A DNA stretch of 64,000 nucleotides from an uncultured Actinomycetota bacterium (GCA_963711755.1 CAVQFK010000003.1:2793-66792), one strand, 5' to 3'; positions 1-10,340 are shown, counted from the first letter of the stretch. Numbers and translations: made by a program. The notes: generated by a model from the sequence alone, not told the origin.

Positions 1-529
1 CTCGTTCGACGTCATCGCCGGCGACCAGGCGCGCACCGGGGCAGCGTTTCGGCCCGACGACCCGGACCTCGCCGACTACGCCATCCTCGACTTCCCCGCA
101 TTCGAATGGCGCGAGGAGGACGAACCGATCATCGGCCACCCCCACGACCCGTTCAGCCGCATCGAGGTCCTGCGCAGCAGCCGCCACGTCCGCGTGGAGC
201 TGGACGGACAGCTGCTTGCCGAATCGACACGGCCGATGCTGCTGTTCGAGACGCTGCTGCCGGTGCGGTTCTATCTGCCTCGCGAAGACGTCGTCGTCCC
301 GCTCGAACCCAGCCAGACGACGACCTACTGCCCGTACAAGGGCCACGCGTCCTACGACTCGATACCCGAAGGACCGCGCGACGTGGCGTGGACGTATCAC
401 GAACCGCTGCACGACGCCGAACCCGTCCGCGATCGGATCTGCTTCTTCGACGAGCGCGTCGACGTGTTCGTCGACGGCCAGCGGCGCGACCGGCCGGTCA
501 CCCCGTGGACAACGAATAGTGTTCGATAA
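1..529 (+). CDS. DUF427 domain protein (5' partial)
   Basis: Frame is open from base 2 (SFDVIAGD...IIGHPHDPFSRIEVLRSSRHVRVELDG) into ORF 194..529, which has the DUF427 motifs LFET..PVRFY and TYCPYKGHASY. Confidence 0.85.
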   Translation, partial: SFDVIAGDQARTGAAFRPDDPDLADYAILDFPAFEWREEDEPIIGHPHDPFSRIEVLRSSRHVRVELDGQLLAESTRPMLLFETLLPVRFYLPREDVVVPLEPSQTTTYCPYKGHASYDSIPEGPRDVAWTYHEPLHDAEPVRDRICFFDERVDVFVDGQRRDRPVTPWTTNSVR

Positions 530-537
530 CAAGCGAA

Positions 538-1290
538 TCAGAAGCTGAGCGGGTAACCCCCGCTGACCTTCAGCGTCTCGCCGGTGATGAACGACGCCTC
601 GGTCGAGCACAGGTAGAGCATCGCCGAAACCACGTCGGCCATGGTGCCGAGCCGGTTGACCAGCTGGCGCTGATTCACGAACTCGTCGATCAGTGGTCGG
701 GGCAGGTCGGCCAACGCGTTCTCCGTGTTCATCAACCCTGGTGCGATCGCATTGACCCTGATGCGGTCCGGCGCCAGCTCGGTGGCGAACGCGACGGTCA
801 GACCGCGAACGGTCAGCTTGGACACCGCGTACGGCGTGGTGCTCAGATAGCCGGCCATCGACGAGATGTTCAGCACCACGCCGCCGCCGCGCTTGCGCAT
901 CGAATCCCTGCACGCCAGCGTCACATTGATCACACCAATCACGTTGACGTCGAACAGGTTGCGGATGTCCTCGCGCGCCAGTTCCCCGAACGGCTTGTTG
1001 TACTTCATCAGGTGCAGACCGGCGTTGTTGATCACGATGTCGATACCGCCAAAGCGGTCGGTCGTCGTCGCGACCGCGGCATCCACCTGGTCAGCATCTG
1101 CGACATCGCACGCGACGGCTATGGCCGCCCCACCAGACGAAACCAGTTCGGCGGCAGTTTCTTCGGCCGCATCGACGTCGACGTCGGCCAGCGCCACGCT
1201 GGCCCCCTCGGCAACCAGCGCACGCCCGAACGCCCGACCGAACCCGACGGCGCCGCCGGTGATGAAAGCGGTGCTCCCTGAGAACTTCAT
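538..1290 (-). CDS. Short-chain dehydrogenase/reductase (SDR)
   Basis: TGGAVGFG glycine motif, NNAG, catalytic YAVSK (YxxxK), ITGETLKVSGG tail. Confidence 0.92.
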   Translation of the reverse strand: MKFSGSTAFITGGAVGFGRAFGRALVAEGASVALADVDVDAAEETAAELVSSGGAAIAVACDVADADQVDAAVATTTDRFGGIDIVINNAGLHLMKYNKPFGELAREDIRNLFDVNVIGVINVTLACRDSMRKRGGGVVLNISSMAGYLSTTPYAVSKLTVRGLTVAFATELAPDRIRVNAIAPGLMNTENALADLPRPLIDEFVNQRQLVNRLGTMADVVSAMLYLCSTEASFITGETLKVSGGYPLSF

Positions 1291-1308
1291 GCATCCATCC
1301 TGGCCCGA

Positions 1309-1334
1309 GGTTTGATCGTCCCTTGAATGGGCAC
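1309..1334 (+). promoter_or_regulatory. SigF-type promoter for the Zn-dependent dehydrogenase
   Basis: GGTTT-N15-GGGCAC, 33 nt before the ATG; resembles mycobacterial SigF GGWWT-N15-17-GGGTAY. Confidence 0.55.
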
Positions 1335-1367
1335 GCCTTTGACAAACGACGCAGCCAGGAGGGGCCG

Positions 1368-2546
1368 ATGCGAGCAGTCACGTGGCAGGGACGACGGAAG
1401 GTGTCTGTCGACACCGTGCCCGATCCCGCAATCAAGGAACCGACCGACGCGATCATCCGCGTCACCAGCACCAACATCTGTGGCTCAGACCTGCATCTCT
1501 ACGAGGTGCTCGGCGCGTTCATGAGCCAGGGCGACATTCTCGGCCACGAAGCGATGGGAGTGGTCGAAGAAGTAGGCACAGCGGTCGACACTTTGAAACC
1601 CGGCGACCGAGTGGTGATCCCGTTCAACATCTCCTGCGGACAGTGCTTCATGTGCGACCACGGGCTCCAGAGTCAATGCGAGACGACCCAGAACCGCGAT
1701 CAGGGCACCGGCGCCGCCCTGTTCGGTTACTCGAAGCTCTACGGCGAAGTCGCCGGCGGTCAGGCCGAGTACCTGCGCGTGCCGCAGGCTCAGTACACGC
1801 ATATCAAGGTGCCCGACGACGGACCCGACGAACGGTACGTCTTTCTGTCCGACGTGCTGCCGACCGCCTGGCAGGCCCTGGAGTACGCCGACGTGCCCGA
1901 CGGCGGGACGCTGCTCGTGCTGGGGCTTGGCCCCATCGGGTCGATGGTCTGCCGCATCGCGTCACACCGCAAGAACTGCCGGGTCATCGGCGTCGACCTC
2001 GTTGACGAACGGCTGAGGCTGGCCCTCGACTACTGCACTGATGTCATCGACCTGCGCAAGGACGAGGCACAGGACATCGTGATGAGCCACACGGATGGCA
2101 GAGGCGCCGATTCAGTGATCGACGCGGTCGGGATGGAGGCCCACGGATCGCCGGTTGCCGAAGCGGCCCAGACCGCCAGTGGCTTCCTGCCCTCGCCGGT
2201 GGGCCGCGTCGTGATGAAGCACGCCGGGGTGGACCGACTCGCCGCGTTGAACTCGGCGATCTCGCTGGTGCGCCGCGGCGGCACCATCTCGCTGTCGGGC
2301 GTGTACGGCGGTGCCGCCGATCCGATCAACATGATGACGTTGTTCGACAAGCAGATTCAGCTGCGGATGGGTCAGGCCAACGTCAAGCGCTGGGTACCGG
2401 ACATCATGCCGCTGCTCACCGACGAGGATCCCCTCGGCGTCGAGCAGTTCGCCACCCACCGGCTTCCGCTGAGCTCGGCGCCTGACGCCTACGAGACGTT
2501 CCAGAAGAAGCAGGACGGCATGGTGAAGGTGGTGCTCACGCCCTGA
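1368..2546 (+). CDS. Zinc-dependent alcohol/formaldehyde dehydrogenase (MDR family)
   Basis: ICGSDLH, GHE, structural Zn CGQCFMC..C, GLGPIG; AGGAGG RBS before ATG 1368. Confidence 0.92.
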   Translation: MRAVTWQGRRKVSVDTVPDPAIKEPTDAIIRVTSTNICGSDLHLYEVLGAFMSQGDILGHEAMGVVEEVGTAVDTLKPGDRVVIPFNISCGQCFMCDHGLQSQCETTQNRDQGTGAALFGYSKLYGEVAGGQAEYLRVPQAQYTHIKVPDDGPDERYVFLSDVLPTAWQALEYADVPDGGTLLVLGLGPIGSMVCRIASHRKNCRVIGVDLVDERLRLALDYCTDVIDLRKDEAQDIVMSHTDGRGADSVIDAVGMEAHGSPVAEAAQTASGFLPSPVGRVVMKHAGVDRLAALNSAISLVRRGGTISLSGVYGGAADPINMMTLFDKQIQLRMGQANVKRWVPDIMPLLTDEDPLGVEQFATHRLPLSSAPDAYETFQKKQDGMVKVVLTP

Positions 2547-2646
2547 CGGATGACGCCGCCGATGCCTCGCTCGAGACCTTCCGCGTCGCGGTTACCTAAC
2601 GCATTACCCGATACCCCTGGTTTCAGGTGGGGCGATTCTGGCAACA

Positions 2647-2660
2647 TTACCGGCGAGTAA
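2647..2660. promoter_or_regulatory. Palindromic putative operator TTAC-N6-GTAA
   Basis: TTACcggcgaGTAA about 33 nt upstream of the 2693 operon start. Confidence 0.3.
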
Positions 2661-2692
2661 GAAGTTCCTTTGAGACTCAGCGGGCGGGGCAG

Positions 2693-4528
2693 ATGACGGG
2701 TACATCGGAGATTTCATATATCGCGGCGGCCGATGAGGGCGGCGGTGCCGCGCTCGGTGAGGTCATCGGCATGTCGGTGGCGGGGCTTGTGGTCGGGGTG
2801 GTGCTGGTGTGGGTCGGCTACCTGCACCGGGCACGCAAGATCACCTGGCTGAACAGCCTGGCGGAGTGGGCAGGACGTAAGTTCAAGCGGCCGCCGTGGG
2901 TGGCGCTGCCGATGGCGTTGTTCATCGCGACGCTGATCTGCGCGCTGTTCGGCTTCATCTGGGACGTCAGCTTGCACATCGGCGACGGCCGCGACTCGGG
3001 GCCGCTGGCGAACCCCGCGCACTACTTCATCCTCTTCGGCCTGTTCCTGTTGTTCGTCGCCGGATGCATGGCGTGTGTGCTGCCCTACGAAAAGCCCGGA
3101 GCGTCGGCCGTCCGCATCACCCGCAACTGGTATGCCCCGGTCGGCGGGTTGTTGATGGCCGGATGTGGTCTTTACGCGCTTCTTGGTTTCCCGCTCGATG
3201 ACGTCTGGCACCGCATCTTCGGCCAGGACGTCACGTTGTGGGGGCCGACGCACCTGATGATGATCGGCGGTGCGGGCTTCGCCACCCTCTCCGCAATCAT
3301 GCTCAATCTCGAGGGACTCAAGGCGATGGGTGACGATGCGCCGACCGGCGGCGTCTTCATCAAGTTCATCCAGTATCTGGGATTCGGCGGCATCCTCGTC
3401 GGCCTTTCCGTCTACCAGATCGAGTTCGACTTCGGCGTCGCGCAGTTCCGTCAGGTGTTCGAGCCGATGCTGATCGCCGCCGCGGCATCGTTCGGTCTGG
3501 TGGCGGCCCGCCTCATGCTGGGTCGCGGCGCAGCCATCATCGCCGCGCTACTGGCCATCCTGCTGCGGGGCGGCGTCGCGCTCCTCGTCGGTCCGGTTTT
3601 CGGCGCGCCGATCAACTGGTTCGCCCTCTACCTCGGCCCCGCGATAGTCGTCGAGCTGATCGGCCTGAGCCCACTGGTCAAGCGGCCCATCATCTTCGGG
3701 CTCGTCAGCGGCCTCGGCGTGGCCACCATCGGGCTCTGGCTGGAATCGCTGTGGATCGGTGCGGTCTACCACTATCCGTGGCCGACCAGTATCTGGCCCG
3801 AGGCATTGGCCATGGCGATTCCCGTCGCGATCCTCGTCGGCGGCTGCGGCGCGATGTTCGGACAGGTGATGTCCGGCCAGCGGCTGCCTCGCCGGGCGAT
3901 CGGCATCGGGCTGGTGGTGTTGGCTGTGGTCGCCATCGGCGGCGCCACGGCGAACGGATTGCGCTATGACGTCCCCGAAAGCGCCAGCGCCACAATCGCT
4001 CTCACCGAGGCGCCAGCCGAAGGTGATCAGCGGATGGCAACGGCTGACGTGCAGATCACGCCAGCGAACCTGGTCAGCGACGATCCCAACTGGGTGTCGG
4101 TGCTGGGATGGCAGGGCGGTGTCGAAAACGATCGCGGAATCTTCGTCGACCGATTGGAGAGGGTCGGCCCCGGCCATTACCGGTCGACACAACCCATGCC
4201 GGTGTCCGGGTCGTGGAAGACGTTGTTGCGGGTGCACGACGGCAGAACCCTTGCGGCCGTGCCGATCTACCTCGCCGGTGATCCCGGCATCGGTGCCGCC
4301 GAAGTGCCTGCCGAAGCGTCCACGACTCGGCCGTTCGTCGCCGAGATCACCATCCTGCAACGCGAACGCAATCCGGACATCCCCGAAGTGCTCTGGTTGA
4401 TCGGCTGCCTGATCGTGCTCGGTTGCACGCTGATTCTGATCGCCGGCCTCACCTGGGGCGCAGGCCGCATCAACAGGAGCGAACCCACGGAAAGCAAGGC
4501 CGAACTGCAACCGTCCGCGCAGGCATGA
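2693..4528 (+). CDS. Conserved polytopic membrane protein with two D-x3-H...P-x-H motifs and a C-terminal extracytoplasmic domain
   Basis: Many hydrophobic helices; motifs WDVSLH...NPAH and DDVWH...GPTH; ATG 2693 chosen over the upstream GTG. Confidence 0.85.
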   Translation: MTGTSEISYIAAADEGGGAALGEVIGMSVAGLVVGVVLVWVGYLHRARKITWLNSLAEWAGRKFKRPPWVALPMALFIATLICALFGFIWDVSLHIGDGRDSGPLANPAHYFILFGLFLLFVAGCMACVLPYEKPGASAVRITRNWYAPVGGLLMAGCGLYALLGFPLDDVWHRIFGQDVTLWGPTHLMMIGGAGFATLSAIMLNLEGLKAMGDDAPTGGVFIKFIQYLGFGGILVGLSVYQIEFDFGVAQFRQVFEPMLIAAAASFGLVAARLMLGRGAAIIAALLAILLRGGVALLVGPVFGAPINWFALYLGPAIVVELIGLSPLVKRPIIFGLVSGLGVATIGLWLESLWIGAVYHYPWPTSIWPEALAMAIPVAILVGGCGAMFGQVMSGQRLPRRAIGIGLVVLAVVAIGGATANGLRYDVPESASATIALTEAPAEGDQRMATADVQITPANLVSDDPNWVSVLGWQGGVENDRGIFVDRLERVGPGHYRSTQPMPVSGSWKTLLRVHDGRTLAAVPIYLAGDPGIGAAEVPAEASTTRPFVAEITILQRERNPDIPEVLWLIGCLIVLGCTLILIAGLTWGAGRINRSEPTESKAELQPSAQA

Positions 4529-4707
4529 CGGCGCCGCCAGACATCGTCGTACTCGCCGACCACTCGGTGCTGCTTGCGATACCCGCCTTCGCGCCGGCCA
4601 TCCTGGTGGTCGGGGTGGTGGTGTACATCGCGATGCGGGACCGACGCAGGAAGTCGTCCCCTGAAGATGAAACCGCGGGCTCCTCGGGCCAAGATGGGAC
4701 CCCGTGA
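4525..4707 (+). CDS. Small single-TM protein (60 aa)
   Basis: ATGA overlap with the upstream stop and GTGA overlap with the downstream start; MTAPPDIVVLADHSVLLAIPAFAPAILVVGVVVYIAMRDRRRK. Confidence 0.75.
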   Translation: MTAPPDIVVLADHSVLLAIPAFAPAILVVGVVVYIAMRDRRRKSSPEDETAGSSGQDGTP

Positions 4708-5129
4708 CAACAACACGAACCCTCATGGCTTTGGCAGCGGCAGCACTCATCACGGCCGGGTGCGGTGGATCGGAAAGTACAGAAACCACGGAGGCCACGT
4801 CGGCCAGCCCGTCCGCATCGACCGTCAGCCCTTCGGATATGTCCAACGAGCAGGCGCCGCCCACCCGACTCGAAATCGAAGTCACGATCAAGGGCGGCAC
4901 CGTCACGCCGACCAACGAGCAACTGCAGGCCGCGGTCTCCGAGCAGATCATCATCAGGGTGAACAGCGACGTCGCTGACGAGTTGCACGTGCATTCCAAC
5001 CCCGAGCACACCTTCAAGATCGAGGCCAAGCCGGCCCAGACGTTCCAGTTCACCGCGGAGGTGCCAGGTCAGGTGGCCGTCGAGCTGCACCAGCTGAACA
5101 AGACCATCGCCACCATCGCTGTGCAGTGA
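4704..5129 (+). CDS. Lipoprotein with a cupredoxin-like beta domain
   Basis: Lipobox TAGC, Ser/Thr linker, then ...DELHVH...PGQVAVELH, resembling a cupredoxin beta-sandwich pattern. Confidence 0.75.
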   Translation: MTTTRTLMALAAAALITAGCGGSESTETTEATSASPSASTVSPSDMSNEQAPPTRLEIEVTIKGGTVTPTNEQLQAAVSEQIIIRVNSDVADELHVHSNPEHTFKIEAKPAQTFQFTAEVPGQVAVELHQLNKTIATIAVQ

Positions 5130-6421
5130 GCGCCGATCGGTCCGTCGCCGTGCTGGCCCATGGCCTCGGCGGCTCGACCGATCTCCCGATCCCGTTCACC
5201 TATGCGCTCATTGGCGCGGCGTGGGCGCTGACGTTCACCTTCGCCGTCGTCGCGCTGGCGTGGCGGCGGCCGCGGTTCGACCGGGACAAGCCGGGCCTGC
5301 CGTTGCCGGGGTGGATCACCACGGTGATCGACGCTCGTGGCACCCGGTGGGTGGTGGCGATCGCGGCGCTGCTGTTCGCGGTCTGGGTGGGGGTGGTCGC
5401 GTTCTTCGGACCGCAGGATGCGGCCAATCCCCTGCCAGGGGTGTTCTACGTGCTGCTGTGGGTCGGCCTGGTGGCGCTGTCACTCGCAGTCGGGCCGGTT
5501 TGGCGCGCGATCTCGCCGGTGCGCACCGTGTACCGGTTGCTCGGCACGCGGTCGCCGGTCCGCACCTATCCCGAATCGTGGGGGTACTGGCCGGCGGTGC
5601 TCGGCCTGTTCGCGTTCGTATGGCTGGAGCTGGCCAGCCCCGACCCCGGATCGCTTGGCGCCATTCGAATTTGGCTGCTGATCTATCTGGCGGTGACGCT
5701 CGCGGGCGCGTTGTGGTGCGGTGAGCGCTGGTGTGCACGCGCCGACCCGTTCGAGGTGTACAGCATGGTCGCGTCGCGGCTCTCACCGCTGCGCCGCAAC
5801 CCCGACGCCCGTATCGCGATCGGCAACCCGTTCGATCACCTGCTGTCGCTTCCGGTGCGGCCCGGCACCGTCGCGCTGCTTGCGGTTCTGCTGGGATCGA
5901 CGGCGTTCGACAGCTTTTCGGCGATGCCGCAGTGGCGCGACTTCGTCGATGCGCACACGTCGTCCACCGTCACCGCGACGTTGGTGCGCACCGGCGGGCT
6001 TGCGGTGTTCGCGCTGGCGGTCGCGGCCACGTTCTGGCTCGCCGCGCGCGCCACCGGCGGCGTCGAGGCGCAAGCGCGCCGCGAGTTGCCCGGGGCGATG
6101 GCGCATTCGCTGATCCCGATCGTCATCGGCTACGTGTTCGCCCACTACCTCACCTATCTCATCGAGCGCGGTCAGCAGACCGTCATCGCGCTGTTCGGCC
6201 TCGACGCGGACGTGAACTACGTGCTCTCGATGCACCCGCCGGTGCTGGCCACCATCAAGGTCGGCTGCGTGGTGGCAGGGCACGTCGCCGGCGTCATCGC
6301 CGCGCACGACCGCGCGCTGCGGCTGCTGCCCGCAGGCCATCAGCTGACCGGTCAGTTGGCGATGATGCTGGTGATGGTCGGCTATACGTTCACCGGGTTG
6401 TATCTCCTGTTCGGCGGCTAA
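5126..6421 (+). CDS. Polytopic membrane protein (family often annotated fenitrothion hydrolase FedB-like)
   Basis: N-terminal LAHGLGG..DLPIP; ADPFEVY, GSTAFDSF, AHSLIPIVIGYVFAHY, GHV.GV.AAHD, GQLAM..MV.YT. Confidence 0.8.
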   Translation: MSADRSVAVLAHGLGGSTDLPIPFTYALIGAAWALTFTFAVVALAWRRPRFDRDKPGLPLPGWITTVIDARGTRWVVAIAALLFAVWVGVVAFFGPQDAANPLPGVFYVLLWVGLVALSLAVGPVWRAISPVRTVYRLLGTRSPVRTYPESWGYWPAVLGLFAFVWLELASPDPGSLGAIRIWLLIYLAVTLAGALWCGERWCARADPFEVYSMVASRLSPLRRNPDARIAIGNPFDHLLSLPVRPGTVALLAVLLGSTAFDSFSAMPQWRDFVDAHTSSTVTATLVRTGGLAVFALAVAATFWLAARATGGVEAQARRELPGAMAHSLIPIVIGYVFAHYLTYLIERGQQTVIALFGLDADVNYVLSMHPPVLATIKVGCVVAGHVAGVIAAHDRALRLLPAGHQLTGQLAMMLVMVGYTFTGLYLLFGG

Positions 6422-6431
6422 CGTTGACCAC

Positions 6432-6983
6432 ATGCGCGCGCTCATCATCGTCGACGTCCAGAACGACTTCTGTGAGGGCGGTTCCCTCGCAGTGACAGGG
6501 GGCTCGGCCGTCGCCAGCGGCATCACCGAACTGCTTGCCGGCCAACCCGATTACGCACACGTGGTGGCCACCAAGGACTTCCACATCGACCCCGGCGAGC
6601 ACTTCTCCGACACTCCCGACTATCAGGCGTCCTGGCCGAGGCACTGTGTGGCAGGGACGCCGGGCGCGGAGTTTCATCCCCTTTTCGACCAGGGCGCCGT
6701 CGAAGCGGTGTTCGCCAAGGGCCACCATTCGGCGGCCTACAGCGGGTTCGAAGGCATCGACGACGCGGGCACACCACTCGCCGATTGGCTGCGCGACCGC
6801 GGTGTCGACGAGGTCGACGTCGTCGGCATCGCCACCGACTACTGCGTGAAGGCCACCGCCGCGGACGCCGCCAGAGAAGGCTTTACCACCAGGGTCCTGC
6901 TCGACCTGACCGCAGGCGTCGCGCCAGAGTCGTCGACGAAGGCCGTCGAGGATCTGCGCGCCGCCGGCGTCGAGGTCAGCTAG
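6432..6983 (+). CDS. pncA: Nicotinamidase/pyrazinamidase
   Basis: [22 protein letters not shown]-x-H...HF...WP.HC metal ligands, FAKG Lys, GIATDYCV catalytic Cys. Confidence 0.95.
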   Translation: MRALIIVDVQNDFCEGGSLAVTGGSAVASGITELLAGQPDYAHVVATKDFHIDPGEHFSDTPDYQASWPRHCVAGTPGAEFHPLFDQGAVEAVFAKGHHSAAYSGFEGIDDAGTPLADWLRDRGVDEVDVVGIATDYCVKATAADAAREGFTTRVLLDLTAGVAPESSTKAVEDLRAAGVEVS

Positions 6984-9249
6984 CGCGCACCTCGCGAGCC
7001 GCGGCGACCATGTTCCGCAGTGACGCATTGACCTCGTCGGGTTTACGCGTCTTGAGGCCGCAGTCGGGGTTGACCCACAACCGCTCCGCAGGCACCGCGC
7101 GCAGCGCTGCCCGCAGCGACTCGGCCATCTCCTTGGTGCTTGGCACCCGAGGGGAATGGATGTCGTAGACGCCTGGCCCGACACTGTTGGAGAACCCGAT
7201 CGCGTTGAGGTCGTCGAGCACCTCCATGTGCGAACGCGCCGCCTCGATCGAGGTGACGTCCGCGTCCAGGTCGGCGATGGCGCCGATGACTTCGCCGAAC
7301 TCCGAATAGCACAGGTGCGTGTGGATTTGGGTGGCGTCGCTGACCCCGGACGTCGCGAGCCGGAATGCGTTGACGGCCCACTGCAGATACGCCTCTTTCT
7401 CCTTGGCGCGCAGCGGCAACAGCTCGCGCAACGCCGGCTCGTCCACCTGAATGATCGCGATTCCCGCCGCCTGCAGATCGACGGCCTCGTCGCGGATCGC
7501 GAGCGCGATCTGGTTCGCGGTGTCGGCCAACGGTTGGTCGTCGCGCACGAAGGACCACGCCAGGATCGTGACGGGGCCGGTCAGCATGCCCTTGACCGGC
7601 TTGTCGGTCAGCGACTGTGCGTAGGTGGCCCATGGCACCGTCATCGGGTGCGGGCGCCCGACGTCGCCGTACAGGATCGGCGGGCGCACGCAGCGCGTCC
7701 CGTACGACTGGACCCAGCCGTTCTGCGTTGCGAAGAAGCCGTCGAGCTGTTCGGCGAAGTACTGCACCATGTCGTTGCGTTCCGGTTCACCGTGCACAAG
7801 GACGTCGATCTCAAGCTCGTCCTGGAGCTTGATGACGTCGGCGATCTCGGACTTCATCCGGCGCTCGTACTCAGCCTGCTCGATCTCGCCCGACCGCAAC
7901 GCCGCACGCGCCTTGCGGATCGCCGGGGTCTGCGGATACGACCCGAGCGTGGTGGTCGGCAGCGCAGGCAGGTGCAGCCGGGCCTGCTGGCTGTCCCGCC
8001 TGGCAGCGGCCGGTCCGCGACGCACCCCGGTGGCCAGCACCGTGTCGAGCCTGGCCCGGATGTCTCCGTTGCGCAGCCGGGGGTCGGACTTGCGCGACGC
8101 GATCGCGTCCGATGAGCGCTGGATCTCGGCGGCGATGCTCTCCCGCCCGTCCCGCAAACCCTTTGCCAGCGTTGCCACTTCGGCGACCTTCTCGGTGCCG
8201 AACGCCAGCCAGCTGCGCAGCGTGTCGTCGAGGTCGGTTTCGGGGTCCAGTGAGTACGGCACATGCAACGTCGAGCACGACGTCGACACCGCAACGCCAC
8301 CGGCGCAGCCATGCAGTGTCTTCAACGTGCTCAGCGCGGCTTCCAGATCGGTGGCCCAGATATTGCGGCCGTCCACGATGCCCGCCACCAGCAGCTTGTC
8401 CGCAAGCTCGGGCACCGCGGCCACCGCCTGTTCACCGCCTGCCACCAGGTCGATACCGATGGCCTCGACGGGGGTGCGGGCAAGGGCGGGCAGCGCACCG
8501 TCAAGAGCGCCGAAGTAGGTCGCCACGAAAATCGCAGGCCGGTGCGCGATCTCGCCGAGGGCGCCGTAGACGCGCGCAGCAAGTTCCGCCGCGTCGTCGA
8601 CACTGTCGGTGACAAGGACGGGCTCGTCGATCTGCACCCATCCAGCGCCCGCACCGGCCAGCAACCCGAGTAGCTCGGCGTACAGCGGCAACAGCTCGTC
8701 GATCCGTTCGATGGGTGCACCCGCACCGTCGACCGCCTTGCTCAACGCCAGGAATGTGATCGGTCCGACGACCACCGGGCGGGCCGAAATGCCTTGCTTC
8801 TTGGCCTCTTCCAGCTCGCCGAGCACCTTGGCGGGATTCAGCGCGAACGTCGTGGCTGGACCGATCTCAGGAACGATGTAGTGGTAGTTGGTGTCGAACC
8901 ACTTGGTCATCTCCAGCGGGGCGATCTCGTCGGTGCCACGTGCGGCGGCGAAGTAGCGGTCCACTTCGTCCTCGATGCCTGCCACCCTTGGCGGCAGCGC
9001 GCCAAGCATCACCGCACTGTCCAGGATCTGGTCGTAGTAGGAGAACGTGTTGACCGGGATCGAGTCCAAGCCTGCGGCGTGCAGCTGGGCGCGTGTCGAC
9101 GCGCGGATGTCGGCGGCGACGGCCTCGAGTTCGGGGCCTTGGATCCGGCCCGACCAGTAGCCCTCGATGGCTCGTTTGAGTTCGCGGTTCGGCCCGATAC
9201 GTGGCGAGCCCAGGATCGTGGCGGAAAACGGGGTGTTGGTGATGGTCAC
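6976..9249 (-). CDS. metE: Cobalamin-independent methionine synthase
   Basis: [42 protein letters not shown]; probable GTG start at 9249 after GAAGGA. Confidence 0.97.
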   Translation of the reverse strand: MTITNTPFSATILGSPRIGPNRELKRAIEGYWSGRIQGPELEAVAADIRASTRAQLHAAGLDSIPVNTFSYYDQILDSAVMLGALPPRVAGIEDEVDRYFAAARGTDEIAPLEMTKWFDTNYHYIVPEIGPATTFALNPAKVLGELEEAKKQGISARPVVVGPITFLALSKAVDGAGAPIERIDELLPLYAELLGLLAGAGAGWVQIDEPVLVTDSVDDAAELAARVYGALGEIAHRPAIFVATYFGALDGALPALARTPVEAIGIDLVAGGEQAVAAVPELADKLLVAGIVDGRNIWATDLEAALSTLKTLHGCAGGVAVSTSCSTLHVPYSLDPETDLDDTLRSWLAFGTEKVAEVATLAKGLRDGRESIAAEIQRSSDAIASRKSDPRLRNGDIRARLDTVLATGVRRGPAAARRDSQQARLHLPALPTTTLGSYPQTPAIRKARAALRSGEIEQAEYERRMKSEIADVIKLQDELEIDVLVHGEPERNDMVQYFAEQLDGFFATQNGWVQSYGTRCVRPPILYGDVGRPHPMTVPWATYAQSLTDKPVKGMLTGPVTILAWSFVRDDQPLADTANQIALAIRDEAVDLQAAGIAIIQVDEPALRELLPLRAKEKEAYLQWAVNAFRLATSGVSDATQIHTHLCYSEFGEVIGAIADLDADVTSIEAARSHMEVLDDLNAIGFSNSVGPGVYDIHSPRVPSTKEMAESLRAALRAVPAERLWVNPDCGLKTRKPDEVNASLRNMVAAAREVRAS

Positions 9250-9378
9250 AGCGGCGTCCTTCATACGTGACGGGATGGCCACCGCCAGTGGACGTCAAAC
9301 CGAGCGCTTATCACGCTTCGGCCATCCGCCCTTTCCACGAGGCGATGGGCCACCGGACGCGGCGCATCCGGTACACCT

Positions 9379-9605
9379 GGCAGGTCTTCGGACTTACAGG
9401 CCCACACGTTCACAACGCGTACCTACTAGCCGTCGCTTCCCAGCCACAGCTCTCGCTGCGCACCAGTGCCGTTGACGGCGGTCGTTCCTGCATACCGCTG
9501 CGGGACAGTCCCGGATTCTCACCGGGTTCCCTCTCGCCACGCACCTGAACTCGGCGCGTCGCTCGATGCCTGCACCAACGATCGATACCGGCAGACCAGC
9601 TGCAA
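9379..9605 (-). ncRNA. Cobalamin (B12) riboswitch in the metE leader
   Basis: Minus strand reads AGGGAACCCGGTGAGAATCCGGGACTGTCCCGCAGCGGT...GCACTGG...CTGGGAAG...AAGTCCGAAGACCTGCC (B12 box); TAATCT -10 at 9616-9611. Confidence 0.95.
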
Positions 9606-9687
9606 GGTGCAGATTACCGCTCTGCCAGCACCGAACGCGACTGCCCTCTACTAGCCCTTGTAGTAGCGGTGGCGGTATGGTTCGGCG

Positions 9688-10233
9688 GTGAGCTCCCCCG
9701 CGTCGCGCGCACGCCGCGTTGCCGGTGCGCTGGTCGGGGTGTGCTCGGCGTCGCTCACGGCGGTGGCCCACACCGCGGCGGGCGGCAGCCTTCCTGTCGG
9801 CGCCCCGTTGGCGAGCTTGCTCATCGTTTCGGTGGCGGTCGGCGCGACCGCTGGCGCGATCACGGCGACCCAGCAGTACTACGCACGGATCGCTGCGCTG
9901 ATGGCCGCGTTGTGCGGCGGGCAGCTACTCGGGCATCTGACATTGAGCGTGGCTGCGGGCCATCACGGTGTCGGCATGGTGCCTTCGACGTCGATGCTCG
10001 TCATGCATGTGATCGCCGCAGCCATCCTCGGGCTGCTGATCGGCCTCGTCGAGCATGTGTACGTGGTGTGCGAGTCGGTGCTGTGCTGGCTGCGGCTATT
10101 CGCTGTCAACCGCTGCGGGCCAGCGACCAGGCTGCCGCGCACGCGCACCACTTCCGTTGTGGTGCAGTCGGTTCTGCTGCGCAGCGGACTCGGTATGCGG
10201 GCTCCGCCGCAGGGCACAGCTCTCGGCGTTTAA
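9688..10233 (+). CDS. His-containing membrane protein with a C-terminal RAPP motif (candidate leader/arrest protein)
   Basis: About 4 TM helices; AHTAAGG, GHLTLSVAAGHHG, MLVMH; ends GMRAPPQGTALGV; TATGGT -10 6 nt before the GTG (leaderless). Confidence 0.8.
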   Translation: MSSPASRARRVAGALVGVCSASLTAVAHTAAGGSLPVGAPLASLLIVSVAVGATAGAITATQQYYARIAALMAALCGGQLLGHLTLSVAAGHHGVGMVPSTSMLVMHVIAAAILGLLIGLVEHVYVVCESVLCWLRLFAVNRCGPATRLPRTRTTSVVVQSVLLRSGLGMRAPPQGTALGV

Positions 10234-10340
10234 CGCCGTTCTGTACTCATCTCCCGGCATCACCGTTGTCAGTTGACACGGTGTGCCTGATTGCTGAAAA
10301 GCCTCGCGCGCATGTCCATACCGACTCTGGAAGACCCTTC

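Noticed and set aside
3548-5053. 501-aa minus-strand ORF
   Set aside because: Antisense shadow of the coupled plus-strand operon.
9669-10340. N-terminal extension of the 677-aa ORF upstream of the PepSY gene
   Set aside because: Arg-rich off-frame sequence overlapping the 9688..10233 gene; PepSY homology starts near ATG 10341.
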